Below, in pieces: positions 56,501 through 64,000 of a stretch of 64,000 nt of DNA. Position numbers and translations under genes: made by a program. The stretch lies in the IMG/VR virus record IMGVR_UViG_3300032285_000379. One strand, 5' to 3'. A model generated the notes under the pieces. That model was not told the origin of the DNA, made no database searches, and saw nothing but the letters and a program-made list of their open reading frames with translations. Each line of letters begins with the position of its first letter. The stretch's first letter is position 1. This DNA is from an uncultured virus (IMG/VR IMGVR_UViG_3300032285_000379) (taxonomy: Duplodnaviria > Heunggongvirae > Uroviricota > Caudoviricetes).

Positions 56501-59500
56501 ATACCTTAAAGGTGTTCCATTCAATGACACCATGTCTAGGTTTGATGCCTATACAAATATGGGTTTGTCTGATGAGGCAATCCTTGAAGAAGCCATTGCT
56601 GATGCATTTGGAAGCTGGGAAGGCGGAGCTAAACCACCTCCCGGGATGATGGCTGCACTGTTTAAACGTTTGCAGCAGTTCTTTGCTGCACTGCGTCAAG
56701 CATTGACCGGCGCAGGCTTTGAATCTGCGGATGAGATTTTTGGCAAGATTGAACGTGGCGAACTGAAAGCTGGCAAGGAAGCCGCTGGTACTGAGGCCAA
56801 GCTATCGCTTGCAGAAAAAGAGAGTAAAGAAAAGATTGACCCTAATGATGTGTCAAGGGTTGTGATTGACGGGCCTTATGCCGATGCCGCAATTAGAACA
56901 ATGAACTCTCAAATCACGCAGACCTCTAAACCTTTGGAGGTTGATGATGTTGGCAGATTGTTTGACAAAGCGTTTATGGATCAGTTTAAACGCAAGGGCG
57001 ACTGGAAAAGTCCGGCAGACTTCCAGAGAGCGGTAGCTCAAGCTGTTACAGAACTCAAGCATCAACTTCAACAAACCAAGTCCGGGCTGGACTGGTACGA
57101 AGAAGACATTGCAGATGCGTTTAAACAAACACAGAAATACATACCAAGCCTGAAAAAACCTGAGAAGCGTGCGCTGTTCTCTGTAATTGCAGGAATTATG
57201 TCTCCTAGCGTAAACGCTAGAGACAACTGGGTCATTGCCGCTCAGGCTTATCAGCACTACGAAAAGACAGGCATTCTGCCCGGATCTAACCCCGCGACAG
57301 GTAGCTTATGGCAAGGTGGTTTGGAATCTGCAAATAAGAAGAAGCAACTGGACATGCTCAACGCCATGCTCCAACCAAAATCAAAAGGTGGCCTCGGAGA
57401 GAAAGCTACGGTTGAATGGTTGCAGGGCGACCACACTGTTGCGGAAATCACGAACTTCCGCAAAAAATATGGCGGCATGGGTAAGTCCAGTACCGGTGGT
57501 AAGGCATCAGATATTTTGCCGGGCTTTACTGCGTTTGGCCCAAAGGTTGGCCCATTTGTAATGAATATAAACGGCATACACGATGTAACCGTGGATGTCT
57601 GGATGACCAGAACTTTCAATAGATATTTTGGACAAATGATGGGGCCTGATGGTACGATGCTTCGATCACCAACAGAGCCGCAACGGGTTGCAATCAAGAA
57701 GCTTGCAATAGATGCTGCCGCTCAGCTTGGCATCAAGCCATATCAGGTACAGTCTACCCTTTGGTTTTTTGAGCAACAGCTTTTCAACAAACTTGGAACA
57801 GGAGCGAAAAGTTATGGATTCAGCGACGGCGCAATCAAATTCATCGAGTCCCAAGGAGGAACTGCGCCAGCAAAAGGCGCTCCTGCAAATGTCGGCGCTA
57901 ATGCGCCAGCGAACAAACCAGCCGGAAAGCAAGCTGTCGGAAATAGCGCACAAGCGGCTAGACCATCAACTGGGCAACAAGGAGTAAGCGGTGAACAAAA
58001 ACTCAGCCTTGGAAGAAATGCAGACAGAGTTAGCTTTGTCGGCCCCGCATTCGACGAACGAAAGCTCAGAGGAGCCGGAGACAGAGGAAGAGGGTCTGAA
58101 GTACGGAACCTTGCGCCTCTTGAAGGCTCGCCATCAGTCAAGGGCTTTTCAGGCCCAGACCCGCGCCTTGTCTCAATCGCAGAACAATACGCAAAAGACA
58201 ACGGAATAGACTACAGAAGACAGAAAGAATATGTCCAAGTAGATGAAGACCGCGCTCGTCGTATTGCTGATGCGTACGACAAGATGGAACATGCTCCTCA
58301 AGACCCAGAGGTCAAAGAGGCTTATCAAAACCTAATCCGTCAGACCCGCGCACAGTATGATGCGCTGGTTAAGAACGGTTATAAATTCTGGTTTACAGAC
58401 TACAACATTCCTGACAACGCAGAGTATCTGTCTTCTCCTTGGAATGCTATGCGCGACATTCGCGCAAACAAAACAATGGGTGTGTTCCCAACAAACGAAG
58501 GCTTTGGAACAACCGAGTTTGATCCTGCCGCAAATCCACTGTTGGAAGACACAGGCTTGGAATGGCCTGTCGGTAGCCCTAACAGCACAAAGAAAAGCCC
58601 TGTGCTTGCCAATGACCTGTTCCGTGCGGTGCATGATGCATTTGGTCATGGACTTGAAGGTGCGGGTTTCCGCGCCAGAGGTGAAGAGAACGCATGGCTT
58701 GCTCACAGCAAGCTGTTTACAGGTAGCGCACTTGCGGCAATCACATCTGAGACAAGAGGTCAGAACTCTTGGCTGAACTACGGCCCACAGGGTGAGAAGA
58801 ACAGAACCGCCAAGATTGAAGACACCACATTTGCCGACCAGAAAACTGGGCTGATGCCAAGTTGGACATGGCAAGAGGGTCAAGATAAATACTCTCTGAA
58901 ATTTGCTGAGCCAGCACTTAAACCAAAGCAAGGTGAAGGCATTGTGCTTGGCGAGAAACAACCTGACGCACAAACCTTTGTTGGCTTGCACTATGGTCAA
59001 AACAAAGTTGATGAGCTGTCAGGCTCTAAATATGGAACTGGCATCAAGGGTGCAGAGCGTCGCCGGTTGGCTGACACTGACGACCAGCGCATCAAGAAAC
59101 GCATCTACTTCTACATCCCTAAAGAAGACGGCTCCATGCCACGCAACGAAGCTGGGCTGGGCGGACATGTTTACACGCAACAGTTTGACAACATTGCTGC
59201 TGGGCCAGTGGTTGATCGTTTGTTCAGTGAAGCTGGCGGAGATGCCAATCAGTTTGAATCCAATGTTGTAGACGCAGGTTACGACGGCTATGCCATGCCA
59301 AGCATGGGCATGATGGTTATTCTGAACCATGACACACCTGTTCAGTACCACGGCACGATGGGTGAGTTGGTTGAAAGCGACAAGAAGTTCAGCCTGCGTG
59401 CCGCACCAGATACGCCTGAATTTAAACGCTGGTTTGGCAACAGCGATGCTATTGACAAAGATGGCAAACCTTTAGTTGTTTACACTGCAACAAATAAAGA

Positions 59501-62500
59501 TTTCACAGTCTTTGAACCCGGTCGCGGTGCATCAAAGGATGCAATTGCCGCATGGGTCACCAGCGACAAAGATTTTGTTAATAACTACGCCTCAGTAAGA
59601 TATAGATATTGGAAAACAATGCATCGCCCTTGGGAAGAGGATCAAATGATCCCCAATGGCGTACATATTGTTCCGGCTTATGTCAATCCCAAAAACCCGC
59701 TCGACGTAACAAATTTAATCAGCGATTTGGCTGCGCCAATAAATGACTCTGAGGCAGAAAAGGTCGCAGACCAACTTCAAGTTTCTAAAGATGACCTTCT
59801 GGATGCAATACCAGAAAAAGATATTTACCCTAACGGGCGAGAGCGCGATCACACAAGAATAAGTTCTGACCTTGTCAGAACAAAATTTGCAGTGGATGCT
59901 ATGCGCAGACTTGGTTTTGATTCGGTAAAAGCGCGGGAGTCAGGAGCTTCTGTTTACGCTCTTTTTGATAGCAATCAAATTAAATCTGCTATTTCAAATA
60001 AAGGGACATACAGCGGCCCCGACATTCGTTACAGCTTGCGCACATATTTCCCTACCGCAGAAGAAGCAGAGAAAGCTGCGTACCAGAAAGCTCCGCCCGC
60101 CACACCAGAATTTAAACGCTTCTTTGGGGCTAGCAAGGTCATGGAAGAAGGTCGCCCGCAGGTTATGTACCACGGTTCGCCTAATGAGTTTGATACATTC
60201 CGTGACGGTATGCCAATCTTTGTCAGCCCAGACCCAGAATTTGCTGAACAGTTTGGTAGAGATAGGGCTAAAGATGACGGAAAAGATCCCAATGAAGCAA
60301 AGGTTTATCCATTGTGGGTACGGGCTGAGACACCGTTTGATTACGAAAACCCTGACCATGTAAAGAAAATTGCTGACGCAATTATTGCGGAGCATTATTC
60401 AAAAACAGACGAATCAATTGTCCGTTTAAAACAATCAAGACCGACAGTTAAAAAGTTCCGTGAAGAGCTGGCTGATGGGTTGTGGTCTGTTATTGAAGAT
60501 CCAATTGTTCAGACTAAATTAAAAGAGCTTGGCTTTGACTCATTCAATGTCAAAGAAGGTGGTAACAAGAACCTTGCCGTCTTCAACGCCAACCAAGTCA
60601 AATCTGTCACAGGAAACATTGGTGATTTTAGTGAGAACAAGAGCATTAAGTACAGCCTGCCAAACATTGGCGCTGCCGCTGATGCCCGTGTAAACGAAAC
60701 AACGCAAACCCGGGAACACAAAGGATGGCTGGAACGTGTCACAGATTGGCTCAAGCCTGAGAACATGGCTGACCTGCGTGCCAGCTTTATCCACCGCTAC
60801 AACCAGCTTGGCGTTTACGACAGACTGCTTGCAGAGAAGATGGGTGGCAAAGTCCTGCTGGCTGACATGAGCGCAGAAGCGGCGGCAAACATGTCTGACC
60901 TGTCTGCTTCAGTGACTGCGTCTGTCTTTGGTATCGGCAACCGCAAAGGTGGTATCCCTGTTTACAAGAACGGCATGACGACCGTCGATACATCTGTGCG
61001 TGGCCCTCTGCAAATCCTTGCCCCACTGGCGCAGTTCAATGATCCCAAAGCCTATCAACACTACCAATACTGGGCAGGTGTCAAGCGCGGTATGCGCTAC
61101 GAAGCTGACGGCAAAGAGAAGAACTTTGATAAGGGCGACATCGCCTTGGCAGAAAAGGTGCGTCAAGAGTACCTAGCCAAAGGTGTTGACTTCAACGCCA
61201 TCCAAAAGGAAATGAATGTCTACAACGATGGTCTGGTGGACTACATGGTTCAGACCGGAGTCATCGCCCCTGAGCGTGGCGCAGAGTTCAAAAAGCACAT
61301 GGACTACATCCCGTTCTACCGCCAGATCAACGGCGAAGATACGGTCGGCCCAAAGATCTTCAACTCCATCTCAGGTGTTAAGCCACCCAAGAAACTTAAG
61401 GGAAGCGAAGCTCCTTTGACGGACTACTTGGAATCCATTGTTCAGAATACGCAGGCCGCAATCAACGCTGGTATGAAGAACATGGCGGCACAACGAGCGA
61501 TCAATGTTGCTATACAGCTAGGCCCAAGGGCTGGCGCACAGCGTTTAAACGTTGTCAATAGCGCCCCGGACTGCGTTCAGGTGCTGGAAAACGGAAAGCA
61601 AGTCTCTTACCGGGTGGCTGATCAGTTGTTCATCAATGCGGTCAAAAGTTTAAACATGGCTGAGATGCCTTTCTTGGGTATTTTCTCTGCGCCGTCCAAC
61701 CTGCTCCGCAACTTGGTTACCAAGGATCCGGGCTTTATGTTGGCTAACTTGGCAAGGGACTCATTGTCTGCTTGGGTGACCAGCGGGTCAAAGATGACTC
61801 CTATCGCAGGGACAGTGTCGAAGTTTGTAGAGGCTCTGGGCGGTAAGTCTCCTGCCCTCCATGCTTTATTAAACGCAGGCATCTTGGGCGGCTATGAGTT
61901 CTCCTCTGGCGTAATTAAGAGTGGTGAAGTCCTAGAGAAGGACTTGAACAAGAAGTACGGCGCTAAGGGCGGCTTCAAGCCGCTGAAGACATTCACAGGA
62001 ATCTGGGATGCCTTAGAGCATGGCACTGAAGCATCTGATGCGGCAACCCGCATGGCTGTCTATGAGCGTGTTCTGGCTGAGACAGGCAACGAAACAGAGG
62101 CTCTGTACCGTGCGCTTGAGGTGATGAACTTCAACCGCAAAGGAAGCTCACCTGTCGTGCGCATTCTGACCGCCGCCATTCCATTCCTCAACGCACGTAT
62201 CCAAGGCTTGGATGTGTTCTACCGCACAGCGATGGGTACGAACGTATCCGCCAACGCTAAGGAAATGCAGAAGGCATTCTTTGTGCGTGGCGCTACGCTG
62301 ATGGCTCTGTCTGCGGCTTACTTCCTTGCCGTCTCTGATGATGATGAATGGAAGAAACAAGAGCAGGAAACCAAGGACAACTACTGGATCGCTCCGGGAA
62401 TAGGTAAATTCCCTACCCCGTTTGAGGTTGGCTTCTTGTTTAAGACAGTTCCTGAGCGCATCATGGCTTACACAATGAAGGATGACACCGGTCAGGACTT

Positions 62501-63200
62501 TATGGCTTCCATGCAGCGTGGACTCTTAAACACATTTGCGTTTAACCCAATCCCTCAGATTGCCAAACCAATCATTGAGTACAACGCAAACTACAACTTC
62601 TTTACCGGACGACCTATCGTCGGTCAGGGTATGGAAGGGCTGGAGCCTAAGTATCAGGTTGGCCCAAACACAACCAAGACCGCAGAAGCTCTGGGTAACT
62701 TATTGGGTATGCCGCCTATCAAACTGGATCAGTTGATCAACAGCTACACCGGAACGATGGGCATGTATGCCATGTCGGTAATCGATGCGGTTCTGGATAC
62801 ACAAGACAACAGCCCACATGCGTCTAAACGCTTTGAGCAACTGCCAATCATCAAGAGATTTGCGCTTGACCCAGAGGCCAGAGGAAACATCACTCAGTAC
62901 TACGAACTGAAGAAAGCCGTAGATGCGGCAACTCAGACCGAGAACTACTTACTCAAAGCAGGTAAGCCAGATGAGTTCAGAGAGTTCATGGAGCAGAACA
63001 AAGGGCTGTTGGCAATCAAGCCGTACGTTTCCAGTGTGGAAAGTACCATGAAACAAATGCGGGAGATGCGCAAGATGGTTCAAGGTGCAGAGATGTCTGC
63101 TGATGAGAAGCGTGATACCTTGACCGCCATCGGGCAGGCCGAGAATAATTTAAACGCCAACATCCAAACCATCAAGAAGATGATCAGCGAAGTCCAATAA
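53550..63200 (+). CDS. Giant polyvalent (ejection) protein with zincin motif, two ART-PolyVal-like repeats and LPD38-like C-terminus
   Basis: RHEALH; TPEFKR(W/F)FG..P..(Y/H)..F..NQ(I/V)KS twice; IPFLNARIQG, PFEVG..PER, NYNFFTGRPIV. Confidence 0.85.
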   Translation: MTIQAQLADGRVLEFPDGTDPSVVQATVKKVIANPMAAQSTASLESAKAAPFSFGDIAKSFGAGVVGGAKSLVDVVGAGSGVSQGLGEAQDYLQRSLSPERQAEIARDQELMNRAQDKGIGSEIMAGLKTVAHAPFQSIAQGVGSSLPAIVGGLVTLPESAPAALALGVQRASSLLIAAAQGVGETKGNIHDEVKKAYMDQGVPEAEAAKLAVKAQEYTLEKAPMLIGSAAFGALDALTGFEKSTSRALKDAFKGEERKLEGKGLKAAIAALPEKAPELPTLAKSALHTAGEEGLTEALQGGYGQAAQNIGMSQAGFETPTMQGVGGAAAHDALIGALTGGAMSPLHFQGAKADYAADQFLREVKGQQEQEKAKADALKEQQETRAKTEQGLNVPKMLALPAPAKAAEEEKDPLQNPVGRVTEDELGKAIGNNTVVNYLNKYRKDNNLPKLKSYSIEDIKDAMTAQNPEGEEGALNAILAYKTNYQNETYTPEDIQNRAVAKNVATETKGFSDFLTRATGKSDLNTMTQPELHSVATALDALPRTGKEQQLVLPEGSNATRFTQDQYNQGVTQALMNVKEGKPVTLDQAREAIKAQTDLKTDRDADHLLKTAASNEDLIVEKGTGFQAVSPGGTVLGTYGTEAEAKRKHRRADILPVETQLVRAPEEVNQEKVAQLPEGYEINKKTVAGEAGPAAYVVREDGSQTNASQTFADEADAKDRLNILARKREANAVAEEAAADRIRQDLKKRQSKIAQMEADGQTDTAEHKNAVAAFQAANVAGSAKITEHLDKAEAFRKPLKIVPLGKKTAKVEKHTVIKKGKEVASFPDRVKAEQHILASASEAELQAIADRGGIFGKRAQTELQDRQRTEPGIKVKGTAEGLEKAGVRTPEVEAKLKELEAKLKPMLDKFGLGEVGLNVVRAIENDAEGAWGGLNNLIRIAFNADNPIRTMRHEALHALKDLGFFTPQQWEALKREAKKTWVDKYLKGVPFNDTMSRFDAYTNMGLSDEAILEEAIADAFGSWEGGAKPPPGMMAALFKRLQQFFAALRQALTGAGFESADEIFGKIERGELKAGKEAAGTEAKLSLAEKESKEKIDPNDVSRVVIDGPYADAAIRTMNSQITQTSKPLEVDDVGRLFDKAFMDQFKRKGDWKSPADFQRAVAQAVTELKHQLQQTKSGLDWYEEDIADAFKQTQKYIPSLKKPEKRALFSVIAGIMSPSVNARDNWVIAAQAYQHYEKTGILPGSNPATGSLWQGGLESANKKKQLDMLNAMLQPKSKGGLGEKATVEWLQGDHTVAEITNFRKKYGGMGKSSTGGKASDILPGFTAFGPKVGPFVMNINGIHDVTVDVWMTRTFNRYFGQMMGPDGTMLRSPTEPQRVAIKKLAIDAAAQLGIKPYQVQSTLWFFEQQLFNKLGTGAKSYGFSDGAIKFIESQGGTAPAKGAPANVGANAPANKPAGKQAVGNSAQAARPSTGQQGVSGEQKLSLGRNADRVSFVGPAFDERKLRGAGDRGRGSEVRNLAPLEGSPSVKGFSGPDPRLVSIAEQYAKDNGIDYRRQKEYVQVDEDRARRIADAYDKMEHAPQDPEVKEAYQNLIRQTRAQYDALVKNGYKFWFTDYNIPDNAEYLSSPWNAMRDIRANKTMGVFPTNEGFGTTEFDPAANPLLEDTGLEWPVGSPNSTKKSPVLANDLFRAVHDAFGHGLEGAGFRARGEENAWLAHSKLFTGSALAAITSETRGQNSWLNYGPQGEKNRTAKIEDTTFADQKTGLMPSWTWQEGQDKYSLKFAEPALKPKQGEGIVLGEKQPDAQTFVGLHYGQNKVDELSGSKYGTGIKGAERRRLADTDDQRIKKRIYFYIPKEDGSMPRNEAGLGGHVYTQQFDNIAAGPVVDRLFSEAGGDANQFESNVVDAGYDGYAMPSMGMMVILNHDTPVQYHGTMGELVESDKKFSLRAAPDTPEFKRWFGNSDAIDKDGKPLVVYTATNKDFTVFEPGRGASKDAIAAWVTSDKDFVNNYASVRYRYWKTMHRPWEEDQMIPNGVHIVPAYVNPKNPLDVTNLISDLAAPINDSEAEKVADQLQVSKDDLLDAIPEKDIYPNGRERDHTRISSDLVRTKFAVDAMRRLGFDSVKARESGASVYALFDSNQIKSAISNKGTYSGPDIRYSLRTYFPTAEEAEKAAYQKAPPATPEFKRFFGASKVMEEGRPQVMYHGSPNEFDTFRDGMPIFVSPDPEFAEQFGRDRAKDDGKDPNEAKVYPLWVRAETPFDYENPDHVKKIADAIIAEHYSKTDESIVRLKQSRPTVKKFREELADGLWSVIEDPIVQTKLKELGFDSFNVKEGGNKNLAVFNANQVKSVTGNIGDFSENKSIKYSLPNIGAAADARVNETTQTREHKGWLERVTDWLKPENMADLRASFIHRYNQLGVYDRLLAEKMGGKVLLADMSAEAAANMSDLSASVTASVFGIGNRKGGIPVYKNGMTTVDTSVRGPLQILAPLAQFNDPKAYQHYQYWAGVKRGMRYEADGKEKNFDKGDIALAEKVRQEYLAKGVDFNAIQKEMNVYNDGLVDYMVQTGVIAPERGAEFKKHMDYIPFYRQINGEDTVGPKIFNSISGVKPPKKLKGSEAPLTDYLESIVQNTQAAINAGMKNMAAQRAINVAIQLGPRAGAQRLNVVNSAPDCVQVLENGKQVSYRVADQLFINAVKSLNMAEMPFLGIFSAPSNLLRNLVTKDPGFMLANLARDSLSAWVTSGSKMTPIAGTVSKFVEALGGKSPALHALLNAGILGGYEFSSGVIKSGEVLEKDLNKKYGAKGGFKPLKTFTGIWDALEHGTEASDAATRMAVYERVLAETGNETEALYRALEVMNFNRKGSSPVVRILTAAIPFLNARIQGLDVFYRTAMGTNVSANAKEMQKAFFVRGATLMALSAAYFLAVSDDDEWKKQEQETKDNYWIAPGIGKFPTPFEVGFLFKTVPERIMAYTMKDDTGQDFMASMQRGLLNTFAFNPIPQIAKPIIEYNANYNFFTGRPIVGQGMEGLEPKYQVGPNTTKTAEALGNLLGMPPIKLDQLINSYTGTMGMYAMSVIDAVLDTQDNSPHASKRFEQLPIIKRFALDPEARGNITQYYELKKAVDAATQTENYLLKAGKPDEFREFMEQNKGLLAIKPYVSSVESTMKQMREMRKMVQGAEMSADEKRDTLTAIGQAENNLNANIQTIKKMISEVQ

Positions 63201-63474
63201 CATCGTTGTCAAAAAGCCAGCCTACCGTTGCCCGGTGGGCTGCCTCCCACATGTTTAAACGCTCTTCCCGGCTCATCCTATGACCTTGATCTAATTCAGC
63301 GTGGCAGGTAAAACATAGCGCAGCGATGCGGTAATCATGGGCTTTAAGACTTCTGCCCTTGCCGTCCCGACTCTGATTGGAATGAGCGGCTACAACCGTA
63401 CCATCTTCTTTCCCGCAATGCTGGCACGGCGAAGCACGTACAGCTTCAAGCAGTTTCTGGTTGCGGTACATCAA
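63184..63474 (-). CDS. DUF1364/HNH-like nuclease-domain protein
   Basis: PCQHCG..TVVAAHSN..GKG..KAHD..LCFTCH. Confidence 0.75.
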   Translation of the reverse strand: MMYRNQKLLEAVRASPCQHCGKEDGTVVAAHSNQSRDGKGRSLKAHDYRIAALCFTCHAELDQGHRMSREERLNMWEAAHRATVGWLFDNDVIGLR

Positions 63475-63749
63475 CGGGCTTTGGCTTTGACAATGTCTTT
63501 AACTGGTTGCCATTTGGAGGCCACCACTTTAGTAATTCTCTCTGGCACAGTACTGTGGTAGCGCAGGTTCTGTCGGGCTTTTTTTCTGTTTTCTTTTTCA
63601 AGGCTCTGTAATTCAAGTGTTGCTTTCAATTCTGCGCTATGGCGCAGGTACAGGCGAAACCATGTGATCCCGCCTATCCGTAGGTACTCCTCATATTCGG
63701 AGTCCGATAGTCTAGCATTGATAGAGTTAACTGCCTTCTCTTTTCTCAT
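63471..63749 (-). CDS. Hypothetical protein
   Basis: Coupled ORF. Confidence 0.65.
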   Translation of the reverse strand: MRKEKAVNSINARLSDSEYEEYLRIGGITWFRLYLRHSAELKATLELQSLEKENRKKARQNLRYHSTVPERITKVVASKWQPVKDIVKAKAR

Positions 63750-63967
63750 GGTTTGCCAATCATCGTAGGTGATCTAGGCTGGAGAATTTTTGATGTAACT
63801 CCGTAGACCGTGCCGTGGCTAGGCTTGGTTTCTCTAATCTTCTCAACAGCCACCGATGTGCGCTTACTGATGGCAGCACCACGCTTTACATGTTTAAACG
63901 GATCGCCACGCTTCGCACGCTCCTCGTCCGTATATTCTTTCCAGTCAAATGCGTTCACGGCAGTCAT
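63746..63967 (-). CDS. Hypothetical protein
   Basis: GGAG RBS; MTAVNAFDWK. Confidence 0.65.
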   Translation of the reverse strand: MTAVNAFDWKEYTDEERAKRGDPFKHVKRGAAISKRTSVAVEKIRETKPSHGTVYGVTSKILQPRSPTMIGKP

Positions 63968-64000
63968 GCTGTTCTCCGGCTGTCTTCGTTGTAAAAATTA

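Noticed and set aside
19845..63200. Many minus-strand and alternate-frame ORFs in the late region
   Set aside because: Shadows of long, tightly packed plus-strand genes; only Rz1 and the 44530 lipoprotein have independent support
1..64000. Integrase, DNA polymerase, reverse transcriptase/DGR, DNA methyltransferase
   Set aside because: No ORF with the diagnostic motifs in this window; they could lie outside it

Overview
This window is most of the genome of a tailed dsDNA bacteriophage with podovirus-like architecture (no tape measure; tail-tubular and ejection proteins present), probably infecting a Gram-negative host since it encodes spanins. Layout: 1-7 kb leftward small genes and a recombination module (SSB, Sak3-like SSAP, PD-(D/E)XK exonuclease); 7-11.3 kb rightward RusA, structured non-coding region, HNH and primase-helicase; 11.4-18.2 kb leftward early genes including an AAA+/VWA pair; 18.2-18.7 kb control region with 8 DnaA boxes; 18.7-63.2 kb packaging, head, tail, lysis and ejection genes ending in a 3216-aa polyvalent protein. 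No DNA polymerase, integrase, canonical tRNA or canonical CRISPR array was recognised. Standout: a stand-alone Cas7/RAMP-like gene (3476-4129) directly followed by a 526-bp non-coding array with 5-nt periodicity (NN-GGY pentamers in 11 units punctuated by GGCAGGY) and a third gene, a candidate RNA-guided system with a gapped dinucleotide code (VIPR-like). Also notable: about 48 copies of the palindrome GTTTAAAC, an oriC-like DnaA-box cluster, several structured RNA candidates and a GG-motif shared by many virion proteins. All calls come from manual motif recognition; no database searches were run.
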